This document shows positions 1 through 12,489 of a stretch of 51,780 bases of DNA, in pieces (positions within the stretch are counted from its first letter, which is position 1; every line of letters begins with the position of its first letter). The stretch comes from Octopus sinensis (taxonomy: Eukaryota). The stretch lies in contig NW_021833994.1 of assembly GCF_006345805.1 (NCBI RefSeq), positions 1 through 51,780 on the forward strand, read 5' to 3'. The notes beneath the pieces were generated by a model. That model saw nothing but the letters and a program-made list of their open reading frames with translations. It did no database searches and had not been told where the DNA came from. A program made the position numbers and the translations under genes.

Positions 1-404
1 TCTTTTTCAAAATGAAAAGGTTCATGTGATGATGTAAATATTTATCAAACAAAAAATTATTGGGTGAGAAACTCTCTATTGAACAGTAAGACAAGGAAGA
101 ACTAAAATGTAATAGATTCGAGGAAATAGTAGCGTTCTGAGTTCAAATGAGGGTTATCGTGTTACATAATAATCGTTCTTTTTTCACTGGTTTTTGATAG
201 GAGCTATCGTCTGTACAGGTTAGACCATGGGCCGCTTGTGGAAGCTTTGTATGTTTATGGAATCAGCTAGAATCTTTTGTGGGGTGATATTTATTTAAAT
301 GAAGATGAATTTACGGAGGTGCAATATCTAAGTCGACGTATCAAAGTACGAAGAGATGTGAAAATTTCCTGGCTTTGGGTAAAAGAAAATATAGGAGGAT
401 CAGC

Positions 405-690
405 TAATTAGACGCACATAGAGATATACGCATGCGCAAATGAAGACACATACAATAGAAATACAAAATACAAAATGGCTGACCGTTAGTAAGGAGAGAC
501 ACACAAATAAGAAAGAAGAAAGCAAAGGACCACTGATGAGGTCACAGGAGTGTGACGAAAGAACTCTGACTGAAATAAGATTAAGATTAATGTAAAAAAT
601 AAATAACGCTGAAGCAAAGTAACACCAAATATATAGTGCGTGTGTTTTTATTGGCTAAACTGGCAAAATGGCCATTCCTAAATACAACAC
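405..690 (-). mobile_element. Interspersed repeat fragment, probably Penelope-like element (same family as 30755-31260)
   Basis: Its reverse complement aligns by eye over about 290 bp with 30755-31045 (e.g. GCCAATAAAAACACACGCACTATA, ACATTAATCTTAATCTTATTTC, CTCTCCTTACTAACG). The Penelope label is inferred from the GAAGAGCGTAGGCTCGAAACG motif in the longer copy. Confidence 0.5.
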
Positions 691-2213
691 TATTCAACAT
701 TCTCCTCTCAGAATCACACACTTATTGCAGACGTCTCTCAGTTTTTGTAAGCTCTGTAAAAGAAACCCGGAAGGTTGGGCTTCCTACCGGGCCTTTCGCG
801 ATACCTTTAAAGCCAGGGATTTTTCTGTACCTACTCCTAAGTTAACTAATGATGCTTGGGTGATGGAACCGTTGTACTAAACTAAGTTTTTTTTTTACCA
901 TTTTCTTAATGAATTCCACTCCACAACTCGTCTTCTCTTTGACTCTATTTGTTCTCAGAAAATAATTTGGTTATATTCGATTATTCATTTAACGTTATTT
1001 AGAATTCAGACAATTATTAAAATTTTTATTAATGAGCCTTATGGAATAAATAATGATTTCTTACTTTGGCACAAGACAACATATTGTTGGGAAGGAAGCT
1101 GTATAGACATGACGGAAGCTTTATTCATCGTCTCCTAGCCGGCTGACTTAGAGGAATATTTTCAAGGAAACCTAAGTAAGGGGAGTTGCTTTCCAGAAGG
1201 AATTAGGGAGATGAAAGACCGATTTAAGTGTTACGTAGTCTGAACTGTGAATGAAGCTTTCACTGCAGGAGACGGTGAGAAGAGGAGGGTAAATGAATGT
1301 ATTTGATGAAGCTGAGTGTGTATGTGTGCGCATGCTTAATTTCTTTTCGATTATTTCATTGGTTGTGTTCCAAGAGTTGTTTTCTGGGACAAACTGTTTC
1401 TAGGCACAAAGGCACAAGGCCTGAAATTTAAATAAAAAGGCGTTTGGTCGATACCATCAATTCCAGTTCTTGATTGGAACTTTAATTAATGACTCCAAAA
1501 GGATGAAAGAGAATGTTGATCGCAGTATGATTTGAACTCAGACCTAAAGTCTAGGTAGAAAACGGCAGGAGGTTTTTCCAACGCTCCACCTACTCACTCT
1601 TCTAATCACTCACTCCTAGATTCCATCCCTACCAAAACCGCCTTTCGTTTTGTAGGTTAATATGATGTCATGATTGACAGATCAATAATTCATTTCAAAC
1701 AAAAACAAGAGACTTGTTGCTTGCATAACAAAAGTCGAAGTTACTGTTTTATTGTCTATTATAAATTTTATGTTTTTTTTGTTTGTTTTTTATCAAATTT
1801 ATCAAAGAGGAAACGAAATCTAAGACGGTACTGCCGCTACGCACAACAACAGTTCTCAAATATCTGAAACAGTGTTGAAGAACACATATAAACATCATAT
1901 ATTGTTTTTCAAAGGAAACATATCCAGAATGAACGATTTACTGTAAATTCAATCCCAATCTCTATTTTCAAGCGCTACTAGTCCCGTTCCGTGCTTAACA
2001 TCGAATACACACACACAATATTTCCTCTCTGTCTGTCTCTCTCTCTCTCTCATACACACACACACACACACACGCACATTCTTCATCGCACTAACACAAA
2101 TGCATTCCCTCTCTCTCTCTCTTTCTCTGTCAAACACACACACTCACACTCTCAAGTATACACAGACACATAAACACACACTCATGTTGCGCCAATATAT
2201 TCACTTACCTTAA

Positions 2214-3780
2214 GGCGGCAGGCCGGACAAAACACTTAGCTTCGTTTCGTCCGTCTTCAAGTTCTGAGTTCAAATTCCGCCGACGTTGCCTTTGCCTTTC
2301 CTCCTTTCGGGGTCGATAAAATAAGTAACAGTTGAATGTTGGGGTTGATGTAATCGATCTCCCGCTTCCAGAAAATTGCTGGCCTTGTGCCAAAATTTGA
2401 AATCAACATATTTACTCACCTGTCTCGTATCACCCGCTTCTGCAATGTATTATCATTCATAGTTCAGACTAAAAGCATTTGCACAGTCTATCAACTCCAG
2501 AATTACTATACTCAATAAATAAATAAATAAATAAATAGCAATAATGATAATAATAATAATCCTTTCTCTTATAGGCACACTGTCCCCCTCCCCCTGAAAT
2601 TTGGGAGAGGGAGAATAGTCAATTAGATCGATCCCAGTACTCAATTTATCGACCCCGAAAGGATGAAAGTCAAAGTCGACCTCTGCAGAATTTAAACTCA
2701 GAACGTAGCGGCAGACGAAATACCTATTTCTTTACTACCCACAAGGGGCTAAACACAGAGGGGGACAAACAAGGACAGACAAAGGGATTAAGTCGATTAT
2801 ATCGACTCCAGTGCGTAACTGGTACTTATCTAATCGACCCCGAAAGGATAAAAGGCTAAGTCGACCTCCCCACCAAATTTCGGGCCTTATGCCTAGAGTA
2901 TAAAAGAATATTATACAAGAATAATATTAAGTTTTCAGTTAAAAAAAAACATCAATGTCAACTTAGCCTTTCCTGCTTTCGCGGTTGATAAAGCAGTACC
3001 AGTTGAGTTGTGGGGGCCGGCGAGTCGACTTACCCACTCACCCGAAATTTCTGGTCTTACACCAAACTTAAAGCCAATATTATATGGAGATAAAGTGGCG
3101 AGCTGGCCGAATTGTTTGTTAACTTTCCAAGCAAAATGCATACCGGCATTTCGTCCGTCTTTAAGCTCTAAGTTCAAATTCCGCGAAGTCTACTTTGCTT
3201 TCATCCTTTCGGGGTCGATAAAATAAGTACCAGTTGCGTACTGGCGGCCGATGTAATCGACGGAAGCCCTTCCCAATGAAATTGCTGACCTTGTGCCAAA
3301 ATTTGAACCAGTATTATACGAGTATATTAAGTGCGGTGAGCTGACAGAATTGTTAGCACGGCGGGCGAAACGCGTAGCCGTATTTCCTCTACCGTTACGT
3401 TCTGAGTTCAAAATTCGCCGAGGTCGACTTTGCCTTTCATCCTTTCGGGGTCGATAAATTAAGTACCAGTTACGCACTGGGGTCGATGTAATCGAATTAA
3501 TCCGTTTGTCTGTCCTTGTTTGTCCCACTCTATGTTTGGCCTCTTGTGGACAATAAAGAAATATGAATTGTTAGTATGTCGAAAAAAAATGCTTAACAGC
3601 ATTTCTTACGACTCTTTACGCTCTGAGTTCAAATTCTCTCGTGGTCAACTTTGCCTGTCATCTTTTCGGTTTGATAAAATAAAGTCCTGGTCTCGTAATG
3701 GTGGGGGTCGATATAATCGCCTACCCCCGACTAACCTTCCCATAACTGCTGCCCTTGTGCCAACATTTGAAACAGATTAA
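2214..3780. mobile_element. Cluster of at least 7 SINE family A copies or fragments in both orientations (nested)
   Basis: Repeated core GAGTTCAAATTCCGCCGAGGTCGACTTTGCCTTTCATCCTTTCGGGGTCGATAAA on + (2260, 3170, 3405, 3625) and on - (2645-2720, 2830-2870). Confidence 0.9.
3329..3563 (+). mobile_element. SINE family A, subfamily A2 (full length)
   Basis: tRNA-like head (GCGGTGAGCTGACAGAATTGTTAGC; B-box GAGTTCAAA), central core, and tail ending TTGTGGACAATAAAGAAATA. Confidence 0.9.
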
Positions 3781-5154
3781 AACAATATTTTACGCGTATA
3801 TTTCAAAGGTAAACGAATGAATGAGGGAGAACTTTTGCATGGTTGTTCATTCTGCAACAAAGAGCAACCAAAACATAAAAAAAAAAAAAATAGGGAAAAG
3901 CACACATTGCCTAATATAGTCTTCGATCTAATTCGCTCGAAAATACATAGAATGATGATGGAGCAATGTTAAAAGTCGTTTTAGACACGACCACCCTGTC
4001 TATTTGTTATATCAAACCTAAATTGTTTCGTTTATTTTGAAGACTACAAGGCATAATTAGTTGCTACTTTTAGCAAATCGAGCGGTCTCGTAGAGTCTAT
4101 GGCTTATAAACACATTCCACGCAGCAATTGTTTTCGTTCCAGCACACGATCTCAGATCATGTCACTCGCTATGCAAGTACATCTCCAGAATTTGAACGTA
4201 AAAGACAAAATAAAAATTAGGCTATACCCCTTAAAGTATTTCGTTTAACTTCGTAAAAGACCGAGCCATAAACAGAAGTGTAAGAGAGAGAGAGAGAAAA
4301 AAAACCTACACACACTGAAAAACTGTCCCAAACGGCTTCCAGCGGTTAAAGCCTGTTAAATATTTATTTATTTAAGCAATAACATCTGAATAAATCTTTA
4401 ATATACAACAGATATGATTTAAAAGGTATGGCATGAATTTCACGGTGTAATGAATTCTGAAAACTAATTTATGAAGTTAATTAATGAAAATTGAACGTGG
4501 AAAGAGAAGTGAAACACGGAATATAAGAGTACTCCGTTTAATGAAAAAAAAAGGGGAAAAAAGAGTTTTATTTATGATTCTTAGGATATTTTGGCACTAA
4601 TGGGATAAGATGCGTTGTACATTAGAGAATACAGTCGATAAAGAAACGTGGTGGCGGTGGCGGCGGGGCAGTAGTGGTGGTGGTGGTGGTGAAGTGAGTG
4701 AATGGGAAGGGTAAAAATTGCAAGTGGAGAAAAAGGGTGGAAACAGGGTGGGGCGTGGGGTATCCAGTAGGCTGAGAAGTTAGAAATATAATCACCCAAG
4801 CAAATAAAACAATTTGTATATTTGGAAGTATGTAGAAGTAAACCGTGTGTACAAACTACTATATAATATATTTTGACAACTTGGTAACACTGTAAATTCC
4901 AAATACTCTTCTCTTTTTCTCTCTCTCTCTCTGATCTTCGCACTTTCTTCTCTCTCTCTCTCTCCCTCTCTCACTCTCTCACTAAATTTCCTTAACGCTC
5001 CGCCAAACCTTTCTTTTCATTTTAACTTTTGTTTTCTCCATATTCGCTCTCTCTTTCTTTCTCTCATTCGCTCTCCCTCTCCCTTTCTCATTATTCGTCT
5101 TCCTCTAAAATTCTTCAACATTTCTTCACTCTTCATTTAAATCTACATCTACCA

Positions 5155-5194
<40 letters not shown>

Positions 5195-5784
5195 TACTCT
5201 TTCTCTCTTTCTCTCTAACTCCTTCTCTCATTCTCCACCTATACACTTCATGTAAACTGCGCCGCTCTTCGATTCAGACCTTTTAATTTCCTTCCCTTGG
5301 TCTCACTCATTCACCCATCCCCCACCCCCACACTCCTCCCCTTTTTCTCTTCTTTCTTCATTTACGTTCTCTTACTCTCCGAATCATTTCTAATATTTCA
5401 TCTATTTCTCTTTTTCCTTTCATTCTTGCATATTTTGTCTTCGTCTTGTGTCTTCAATCTACGGCTCTCTGCTCGAAAGAAATATGAAATTTTTGTTAGA
5501 ACCGAGGATACAAGGATCAGATGAAGTCAAGAGTTTTAGAGTCTTACCCTGGGGGTCTCCCCTGGGGGTCTCCACGCATTAATTGACCTGTTTCTCTTTT
5601 TTTTTTTCCTTTTGTTGATATTACTAGGACATCATGTTGGCGAGCTGGCGGAATCGTCAGTACACCAATCAAAATGCGTAGCGATATTTCGTCTGCCGCT
5701 ACGTTCTGAGTTCAAATTCCGCCGAGGACGACTTTGCCTTTCATCCTTTCGGAATCGATAAAATAAATACCAGCTGAGCACTCA

Positions 5785-6181
5785 TCAACTTTCTCGAATT
5801 TCAACTGAGAGGAAAAGTGAGGGTGGAGGAGATGTTGTCCTCGAGTGAATTTATCGAAAGGTGGGATAAAAGTGATAAAAAATGGCAAGAGTGGATTGTA
5901 CCGATCGATGTATAGAACGGGTGAGTCGGAGAACAAAAAACGAGAGGACATTTGTCTTTGGTATTCAGAGAGATCTTGGATGGCGGGGACCATCAATTTT
6001 TTCTTGAAGTCTTCTGCTACAGGAGAACCAGATCAATCATTTTTTCTTTATTTACTGTCTTATATTATGTATATTTCTGTTCTTTGTTTTATTGTATACC
6101 GTGCATACTTTCTCTATTTAAATCCTCCCCTTTATTGTCTGTTTTTCCCCCCTCGTCTATCGCCCTGGTGGCAAATAGAAA
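5785..6181 (+). mobile_element. Tx1/L1-type LINE, 5'-truncated 3' end (ORF2 C-terminus plus 3'UTR)
   Basis: Translates as FLEFQLRGKVRVEEMLSSSEFIERW, matching the Tx1-type ORF2 C-terminal pattern also seen at 13090-13280. It is followed by a T-rich UTR ending GCCCTGGTGGCAAATAGAAA. Confidence 0.75.
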
Positions 6182-6412
6182 TCCTCCTCCTCCTCCTCAT
6201 CATCATCCTCATCATCATCATCCCCATCATCATCCTCATCATTATCATCCTCCTCCCCTCCTCCTCATCATCGTCATTATCATCATCACCACCGTCATGG
6301 TCATCGTCATTATCATCATCACCATCATCATCATCATCATCGTCACCACCATCATCACCGTCGTCATCATTATCATCATCATCATCACCAACATCATCAT
6401 CATCACCACCAC

Positions 6413-6459
<47 letters not shown>

Positions 6460-6493
6460 CCAACACCACCACCACCACCACCAACACCACCAC

Positions 6494-6531
<38 letters not shown>

Positions 6532-6552
6532 CTATTATCATTATTATTGTTA
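6182..6552. repeat. Compound (CAT)n/(CAC)n/(CCT)n microsatellite
   Basis: Direct reading; it explains the poly-S, poly-I, poly-D and poly-M ORFs. Confidence 0.97.
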
Positions 6553-6889
6553 TTATCATTCATATACACCCAACAGATTAGACTGTTGAAAAAGGAAAAC
6601 AAATCCTAACATCGGGCTACGACAAGTTGCCTTAGATGCCAACAACTCTCCCCTATTGGGTTGCAGCAAGTAACTTTAGATGTTAAGAACTCTTCTAAGT
6701 ACCCTGGCTGTCCCTAATAACACTGTTTTAATAACACTATTTTCTGCAGCTGTACTGAACTGGGTTTTCTCTACCCCTCTGTTCATTATTATTATTATTA
6801 TTGTTGTTGTTGTTGTTGTGTTGTTGTTGTTGTTGTTGTTGTTGTATTATTATTATTATTATTATTATTATATTATTATTATTATTATT

Positions 6890-7372
6890 GAGTGAGAGAG
6901 CAGTGCATGCCATCAATGTGACACTGGGGTAAAATATGCGAAGCCCAGCATACCCATCATGACTACCTGTCTGATAAGGGTACATTAGGCACATGTATCA
7001 CAACCATATATGCGTGATATGGTGATCTCATATCAACATAAACAGCGTATGACCTTGCAGGTGGGGCCCAGTTAGAATTTTCTTCTGGTCGAGTAGCCCA
7101 TCCCGCTCAAAAGGTCCCTGAATAAGGGTTGTTTAAGGATGTTGAAAGAACCACCCATGTCAAATCCCAAAGTCAAATCCCAAAGAATCCCTCTCAACAC
7201 ATGACTATGATGCTCCCCCACTACTTCTGTTCGTGATCAGAGATGCTCATATTGTCAGCCACTAAGGGACATGCTCAACTGGTTATGGTCAAACAACTGA
7301 CAAGCAAATCTGTGGTATTGAGCAGAATATTTGCTGTAGCCCATCTTTTATACCAAGACACCAAGACAAAAC
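6890..7372 (-). mobile_element. About 480-bp retroposon-like repeat with (AAT)n tail, embedded in (ATT)n (possibly a LINE 3'UTR)
   Basis: Complex sequence bounded on both sides by (ATT)n. The minus strand ends CACTGCTCTCTCACTC(AAT)n. I recall it as a common Octopus repeat; the clade is not determinable here. Confidence 0.5.
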
Positions 7373-7480
7373 TTATTATTATCATTATTATTACTATTGC
7401 TATTATTATTATTATTGTTGTTGTTGTTGTTGTTGTTATTATCATCATTATCATTATTATTATCATCATCATTATTATTA

Positions 7481-7540
<60 letters not shown>

Positions 7541-7758
7541 GGTGGCGAGCTAGCAGTATAGATAGCGCACCAGAGAAAATGTTTAGCGATATTTCGTCTG
7601 TTTTCATGGGGTCTAAGCTCAAATTCCACAGAGGTCAACTCTGCCTCTCATCCTTTCAGGAGGGATGCAATAAGTACCAGTTGAGCACTAGAGTCGATGT
7701 AATTGACAAGTTCTTTGACCCTAAATTTCAGGCCTTATGCCTATAGCAGAAAGGAGTT
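7541..7758 (+). mobile_element. SINE family A (A1-type tail)
   Basis: Head GGTGGCGAGCTAGCAG, core, and tail AAATTTCAGGCCTTATGCCTATAGCAGAAAGG. Confidence 0.85.
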
Positions 7759-7811
7759 TATTTACAATTATTATATTACAATACTCTAATTTTTCTGTTA
7801 TTTTGAAGATA

Positions 7812-8318
7812 CACACAAGACGAACATCCCACAGCTCAATGCACTCTTTTGCCTATACAATCATATCTATACTTATACTCCTTTTGCGCTAGTAAACTGC
7901 ACTCATTCAACAGGTGAATGATATTTTCGTCTCCTTTCCTGCAGATTCTACATTTTATGTGTGACTGAGTTTTGTCGACCATTGCTTTTATCAGATTTAT
8001 TCTAAAAGACTTTTTTCTGAGCTGTCATAATTGGCGTTTCTCTCCTTCACATCAACTCGTCTGTGATCAGACCCAGCGATCTTTTACTTCCAACATTCTC
8101 GGTATGTAGTTCCATCTCTTTCCATCTGTTTTCGCTGTTGCTGTTCTTTTTCTCGATCAGTTCTCCTACTGCTTCGACCACTTTTTGAGTATTTCTGGTT
8201 TCCGATTCTACTCTTTTTTTTTTACTCTGCACAACATAATTTTTCAGACCCAGCATCGCAGTATTAACTGTGTCTTCTGCATTTGTAAAAGTAAACCTCT
8301 GCTTATTTCCTGTCTAGG
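7812..8318 (-). pseudogene. R4/Dong-clade non-LTR retrotransposon ORF fragment (post-RT region with CCHC-type knuckle), disrupted
   Basis: The minus strand gives AEDTVNTAMLGLKNYVVQS and, in a shifted frame, KAMVDKTQSHIKCRICRKGDENIIHLLNECSLLAQKEYKYRYD. This matches the CRxCxxxxExxxHxxxxCxxLAQKEYKxRxD motif of R4/Dong elements. Confidence 0.8.
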
Positions 8319-8534
8319 TAGGTAGAATCAATCGATATTGCTTTAAGGGCGGAATGCGTTGGGCATTGTGAGCAATTTTCTAGTTTTTCAATTCAAATTC
8401 TGTAGCTCGACCTTTGCCCACTTCAGAAAGAGAGCTGAGTATCTGAGTATTTGCATAACCCATGTATATATGGCTTTAATGATATTCCCTCCGTATAATT
8501 TTGTTTGGAAGATCTTACATTACTGTTATTATTA

Positions 8535-9833
8535 CGAGGTTCGGATGAAAAATTCAGAGACTGACTAACATGCTCTCATGGAATATAACCATATGGGATT
8601 TATTTTTCAGCACAGCCCCACTCCTTGTGTTCACGCATTTATTCAATCGGTGTTACGGCGCTTAAATCCCATTGTTGAAGAAACTTTCAATCTGTTCGTC
8701 AAAAAGTCATCAACACTAGATATGATGTCATCATCACTGCTATACTGGTTCTCATCCAAGTGTTTTTTTCATGTTGGGGAAGAGATGATAATCTGAGGGG
8801 GGGCAAATCTGTAGAACAGTGAGGGCGATCAACCAGCTCAAAGCCATAGTCACGCACAGCAGCCAGTGAAGGCAAGAACGTGTGTGCTGGAGTATTGTCC
8901 TGACGAAACAAGACCCCTTTTGTCAGTTTTTTCTGGACTTTTGGTCTTGACAGCCTTTCGTAACTACCTTAGAAAGTTGGTATAGTACTGTCCATTGACG
9001 GTGTGGCCCTTTTGAAGATAGTCAGTAACCACAGTGCTTTTTGCATCCCTCCAAAACTGAGGCCATCACCTTCCCTACAGATGAAACGACCTTGGCGTTC
9101 TTCGGAGCAAGTGAGGAGTAATGTTTCCACTGCATGGATAGTCTCTTTCTTTCTGGCTCAAAGTGATGAACCCAACTCTCATCTTAGCTCAGGAAACATT
9201 CAAGGAAACCAACTGGTTCTACCTGAAATAATGTCGGTTTTTCCCGTGATGTGATCAGCCTGGTGCACTTTTGATCCGGTGTCAGAAGACGTGGTACTCA
9301 TCGAACAGAAGCCTTTGTCCTGCCAAGTTCATTGCGCAGAATATTCCCAACTCTCTCACGGGATATGGTAATACAATTGACCATTCGATTTATAATCAAT
9401 CACATGTTATTCATCAGTGTGTGGTGAACGAGCTCAATGTTTTCCTCTGGGGTGGCAACTGCAGGACATCCAGACCTTGGGTCATCTTCAAGACTCTCCC
9501 TTCCCCTCCTAATTTCATCTGCCCACTTTTGCGCTGTTGATAAAGCTGGAGCGTCATCCCCTAATGTGACAACAATATCAGCATGAACGTCCTTGGGGCT
9601 AAAGCCTTTTTCGACAGGCACTTGATAACACCATGGTGCCAAATTTTGTCGATTTTCAAGAGAAGTCGCTACTAGTTACTTTTGAAGTGTTCGTTGAACA
9701 GTCAGATATCAGTTTACCTGGAAAGGAACATTACGATTATTAATAAGGTGAGTTGAAATGAACGCGTGCAGGATTTCACAGCTTTAGCATCACTCCTTCA
9801 TAGTCATCCTATGAACTTTTCAGCCCACCCTCG
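8535..9833 (-). mobile_element. Full-length (1299 bp) decayed mariner DNA transposon
   Basis: TA-flanked. Imperfect 31-bp TIRs CGAGGTTCGGATGAAAAATTCAGAGACTGAC versus CGAGGGTGGGCTGAAAAGTTCATAGGATGAC (24/31). Contains a transposase remnant. Confidence 0.95.
8600..9653 (-). pseudogene. Mariner (DD34D-type) transposase pseudogene
   Basis: HTH region SPKDVHADIVVTLGDDAPALSTAQKW...LEDDPRSG; DESWVHHFEPE; RQDNTPAH; degenerate STDL. Start codon mutated to ATC; multiple stops and frameshifts. Confidence 0.92.
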
Positions 9834-10929
9834 TATATATGAAATGGTGCATCAAAATGTTTCAAGTCCAGAGTTTACAGTAACTATTTCCGTAAAGCTA
9901 GAACGAACTATTTGAGATTTAGGTACGGAAAGACACAATAACCATGATAATAATACGAATGTCTTTGAAAGTCTGGCGTTTTAGATAAATAAATACAGGT
10001 TCCGTGCGTAGATTTTGTCTCTCTGAAAAATCAGTCCCACGAGGGATTTTTCGGAAGCTCCAGATTTTGATCGAATATACTGACGGGTTTTGCCGTCTGT
10101 ACAGCTCACCCGCCTCTCCCTCTTAAGATGTTGAGATAAAGTAACGAAGGGCTACACACAGACTATAACTGTAACACATCTCTTCTATACAAGAACACTG
10201 GAATCCGATTTCTTCTAGAATTTCTTCGGCGCTCTGTGTTTTTCTTTGCCCTTTTTTTTTTATTTCACCCTTTACTTATTTGTGTTGCTCTCTCTCTCTC
10301 TCTCTCTCTCTTTCTTTCTCTGTCTCCCTTTCACTCACTACATTTACGCCGCCTACTTTAATCTGATAGCATATCACTCTCTTCCATATTCCCTCCTTCC
10401 ACTCAAATTCTTGTATTTATTTCTTTTGGTCTCACTCATTTCCGCCACTTTGAGGTATACCCCTTATTTTTCTTTACCTTCTTTTTTGTCAAGAAAAAAG
10501 GAAAAGACAGTAAGACAGTATCAATGACCTTTTTTTTTTTTGGTCTTTTGTAGTCGTTGCATGAATATGGTTCTCAAACCAAACCAAAAATTTGACCTAT
10601 TCGTTCGCTTAAAACAGTGAAACTTAACTTAAGATACCCGACGACCTGATGCTAGTTTTTTTTTTATAAAATCAGATGACGGGTTAACACTCCTACCCAT
10701 GTAGCAGAATCTGGTAGGATTTCATTTCAAAATGCAAATAGCCAGAACAAATACAGCAAGCCATCTTTTCTTTCGGTGTTTGCTCGAACTATCCGCCAGT
10801 CCACTAGTACAGGCTGGTTCTTTATTGTATCAACATCGAAAGGATAAAAGGAAATGCTAAATTTTGGCAGGGTTCGAACTCAGACTGCAGACAGTCAATA
10901 AAAACGTTACGGCATTTCATCCCATATAT

Positions 10930-11040
<111 letters not shown>

Positions 11041-11247
11041 TTTCTACTAAAGGCACAAAACCTGAAATTTGGGGGAGTGAAATAGTCGATTTCATCGACT
11101 CCAGTATTTCACTGGTACTTAATTTATCGACCCCGAAAGGATGAAAGGCAAAGTCGACCTCGGCGGAATTTGAACTCAGAACGTAGCGACGGACGAAGTG
11201 CCGTTAAGCATTTTGCCCAGTGCGCTGTTCTGCCAGCTGGCCACCTT
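11041..11247 (-). mobile_element. SINE family A (A1-type tail)
   Basis: Reverse complement of the head, core and tail consensus. Confidence 0.9.
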
Positions 11248-11612
11248 ATAAATATTATTAATAAGAACAACAATAATCCTTTGATGGAATTTATAAACCT
11301 TTAAATGCATCGATTCGCGCGTTTCCACAAATCACGTGTCTCTTAACAACCCTCTGTTAAACATCCATTAATATTATATCACCTGAAAAAATGAATCCAT
11401 GAAGATGATCAACCTGATGCCTATGGACACTACGGGCTACACTATAATCATCCCAGGAATAAGGACTGTGATCATAAGAGACAAGAGATTGGTGGAAACG
11501 CGTGTAGCGATGCATTAAAATGTTTAGAAATTCCAATCAAAAATTATTGTTATTACTACTAACTGGTTCACCAGTGAATATCATTAGATTGTAGCCGGTA
11601 TAATGGAAAAAT

Positions 11613-11845
11613 AAGGTGGCGAGCTGGCAGAACCGTTAGCACGCTGGGCGAAGTGCGTAGCCGTATTTCGTCTGCCGTTACATTCTGAGTTCAAATTCCG
11701 CCGAGGTCGACTTTGCCTTTCATCCTTTCGGGGTCGATAAATTAAGTGCCAGTTACGCACTGGGGTCCTTATAATCGATTTGATCCGTCTCTCTGTCCTT
11801 GTTTGTCCCCTCTGTATTTAGCTCCTTGTGGGTAGTAAAGAAATA
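11613..11845 (+). mobile_element. SINE family A, subfamily A2 (full length)
   Basis: Head GGTGGCGAGCTGGCAGAACCGTTAGC, core, and tail TTGTGGGTAGTAAAGAAATA. Confidence 0.92.
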
Positions 11846-12052
11846 GGCTATCAAGTAATCTGGTTCTGTTAGTATTCATTTTAATATGCGTATATGTATG
11901 TGTGTGTGCACGCGCGCTTCTTTATGTGTGTGTGCACGTGTGTGTGTGTATGTGCGTGCGCATGTGTGTGTCTGCGTGTATATGTGTGTGTGTGTGTGCC
12001 TGCGTGTGTGTGTGTGTGTGTGTGCCTGTGTGTGTGTGTGTGTGTGTGTGTA

Positions 12053-12256
12053 AGGCAGCGAGCTAGCAGAATCATTGTTATAAGCCGGGCAGAATATTTA
12101 GCGTCATTTCGTCTGATTGCAAATTCTGTCGAGGTCGACTTTGCCCTTTATTATTTCGGGGGTCGATGAAACGAAACAAGTACCAGTTGCACACTGAGAT
12201 CAAGATAATAGACTCTCCCTTAAAATTTCAGGCCTTGTGCCTATATTAGAAAGGAG
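12053..12256 (+). mobile_element. SINE family A (diverged, A1-type tail)
   Basis: Head GGCAGCGAGCTAGCAGAATC, core, and tail AAATTTCAGGCCTTGTGCCTATATTAGAAAGG. Confidence 0.82.
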
Positions 12257-12489
12257 TGTGTGTGTGTGTGTGTGCATGAATGGATATCAGTACGAATTTC
12301 CGACGTCTGTTCGAACAACTGAACGACCAAACTCATTGAACTAGCATTTAAGTAGTTACCCATTCCATAGATATGTAACCCCTAAATGTGATCCTCAGGA
12401 GGATTCTACAAGGATCGATGTTCCAAGGCCTGAACTTATGTATTATCGATGCAATCCATCCGACTGCCATCGGTTATTCCATAGTTTTC

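Noticed and set aside
200-410. About 70-codon frame on + (DRSYRLYRLDHGPLVEALY...KISWLWVKENIGG) with one internal stop
   Set aside because: No recognisable motif or splice context; it could be decayed transposon sequence or chance.
5845-6609. 254-aa ORF and overlapping ORFs
   Set aside because: Made of an out-of-frame LINE 3'UTR plus (CAT)n microsatellite.
11400-11560. Short segment open on both strands (EDDQPDAYGHYGLHY...)
   Set aside because: Under 60 codons, no convincing splice pair, no recognisable protein.
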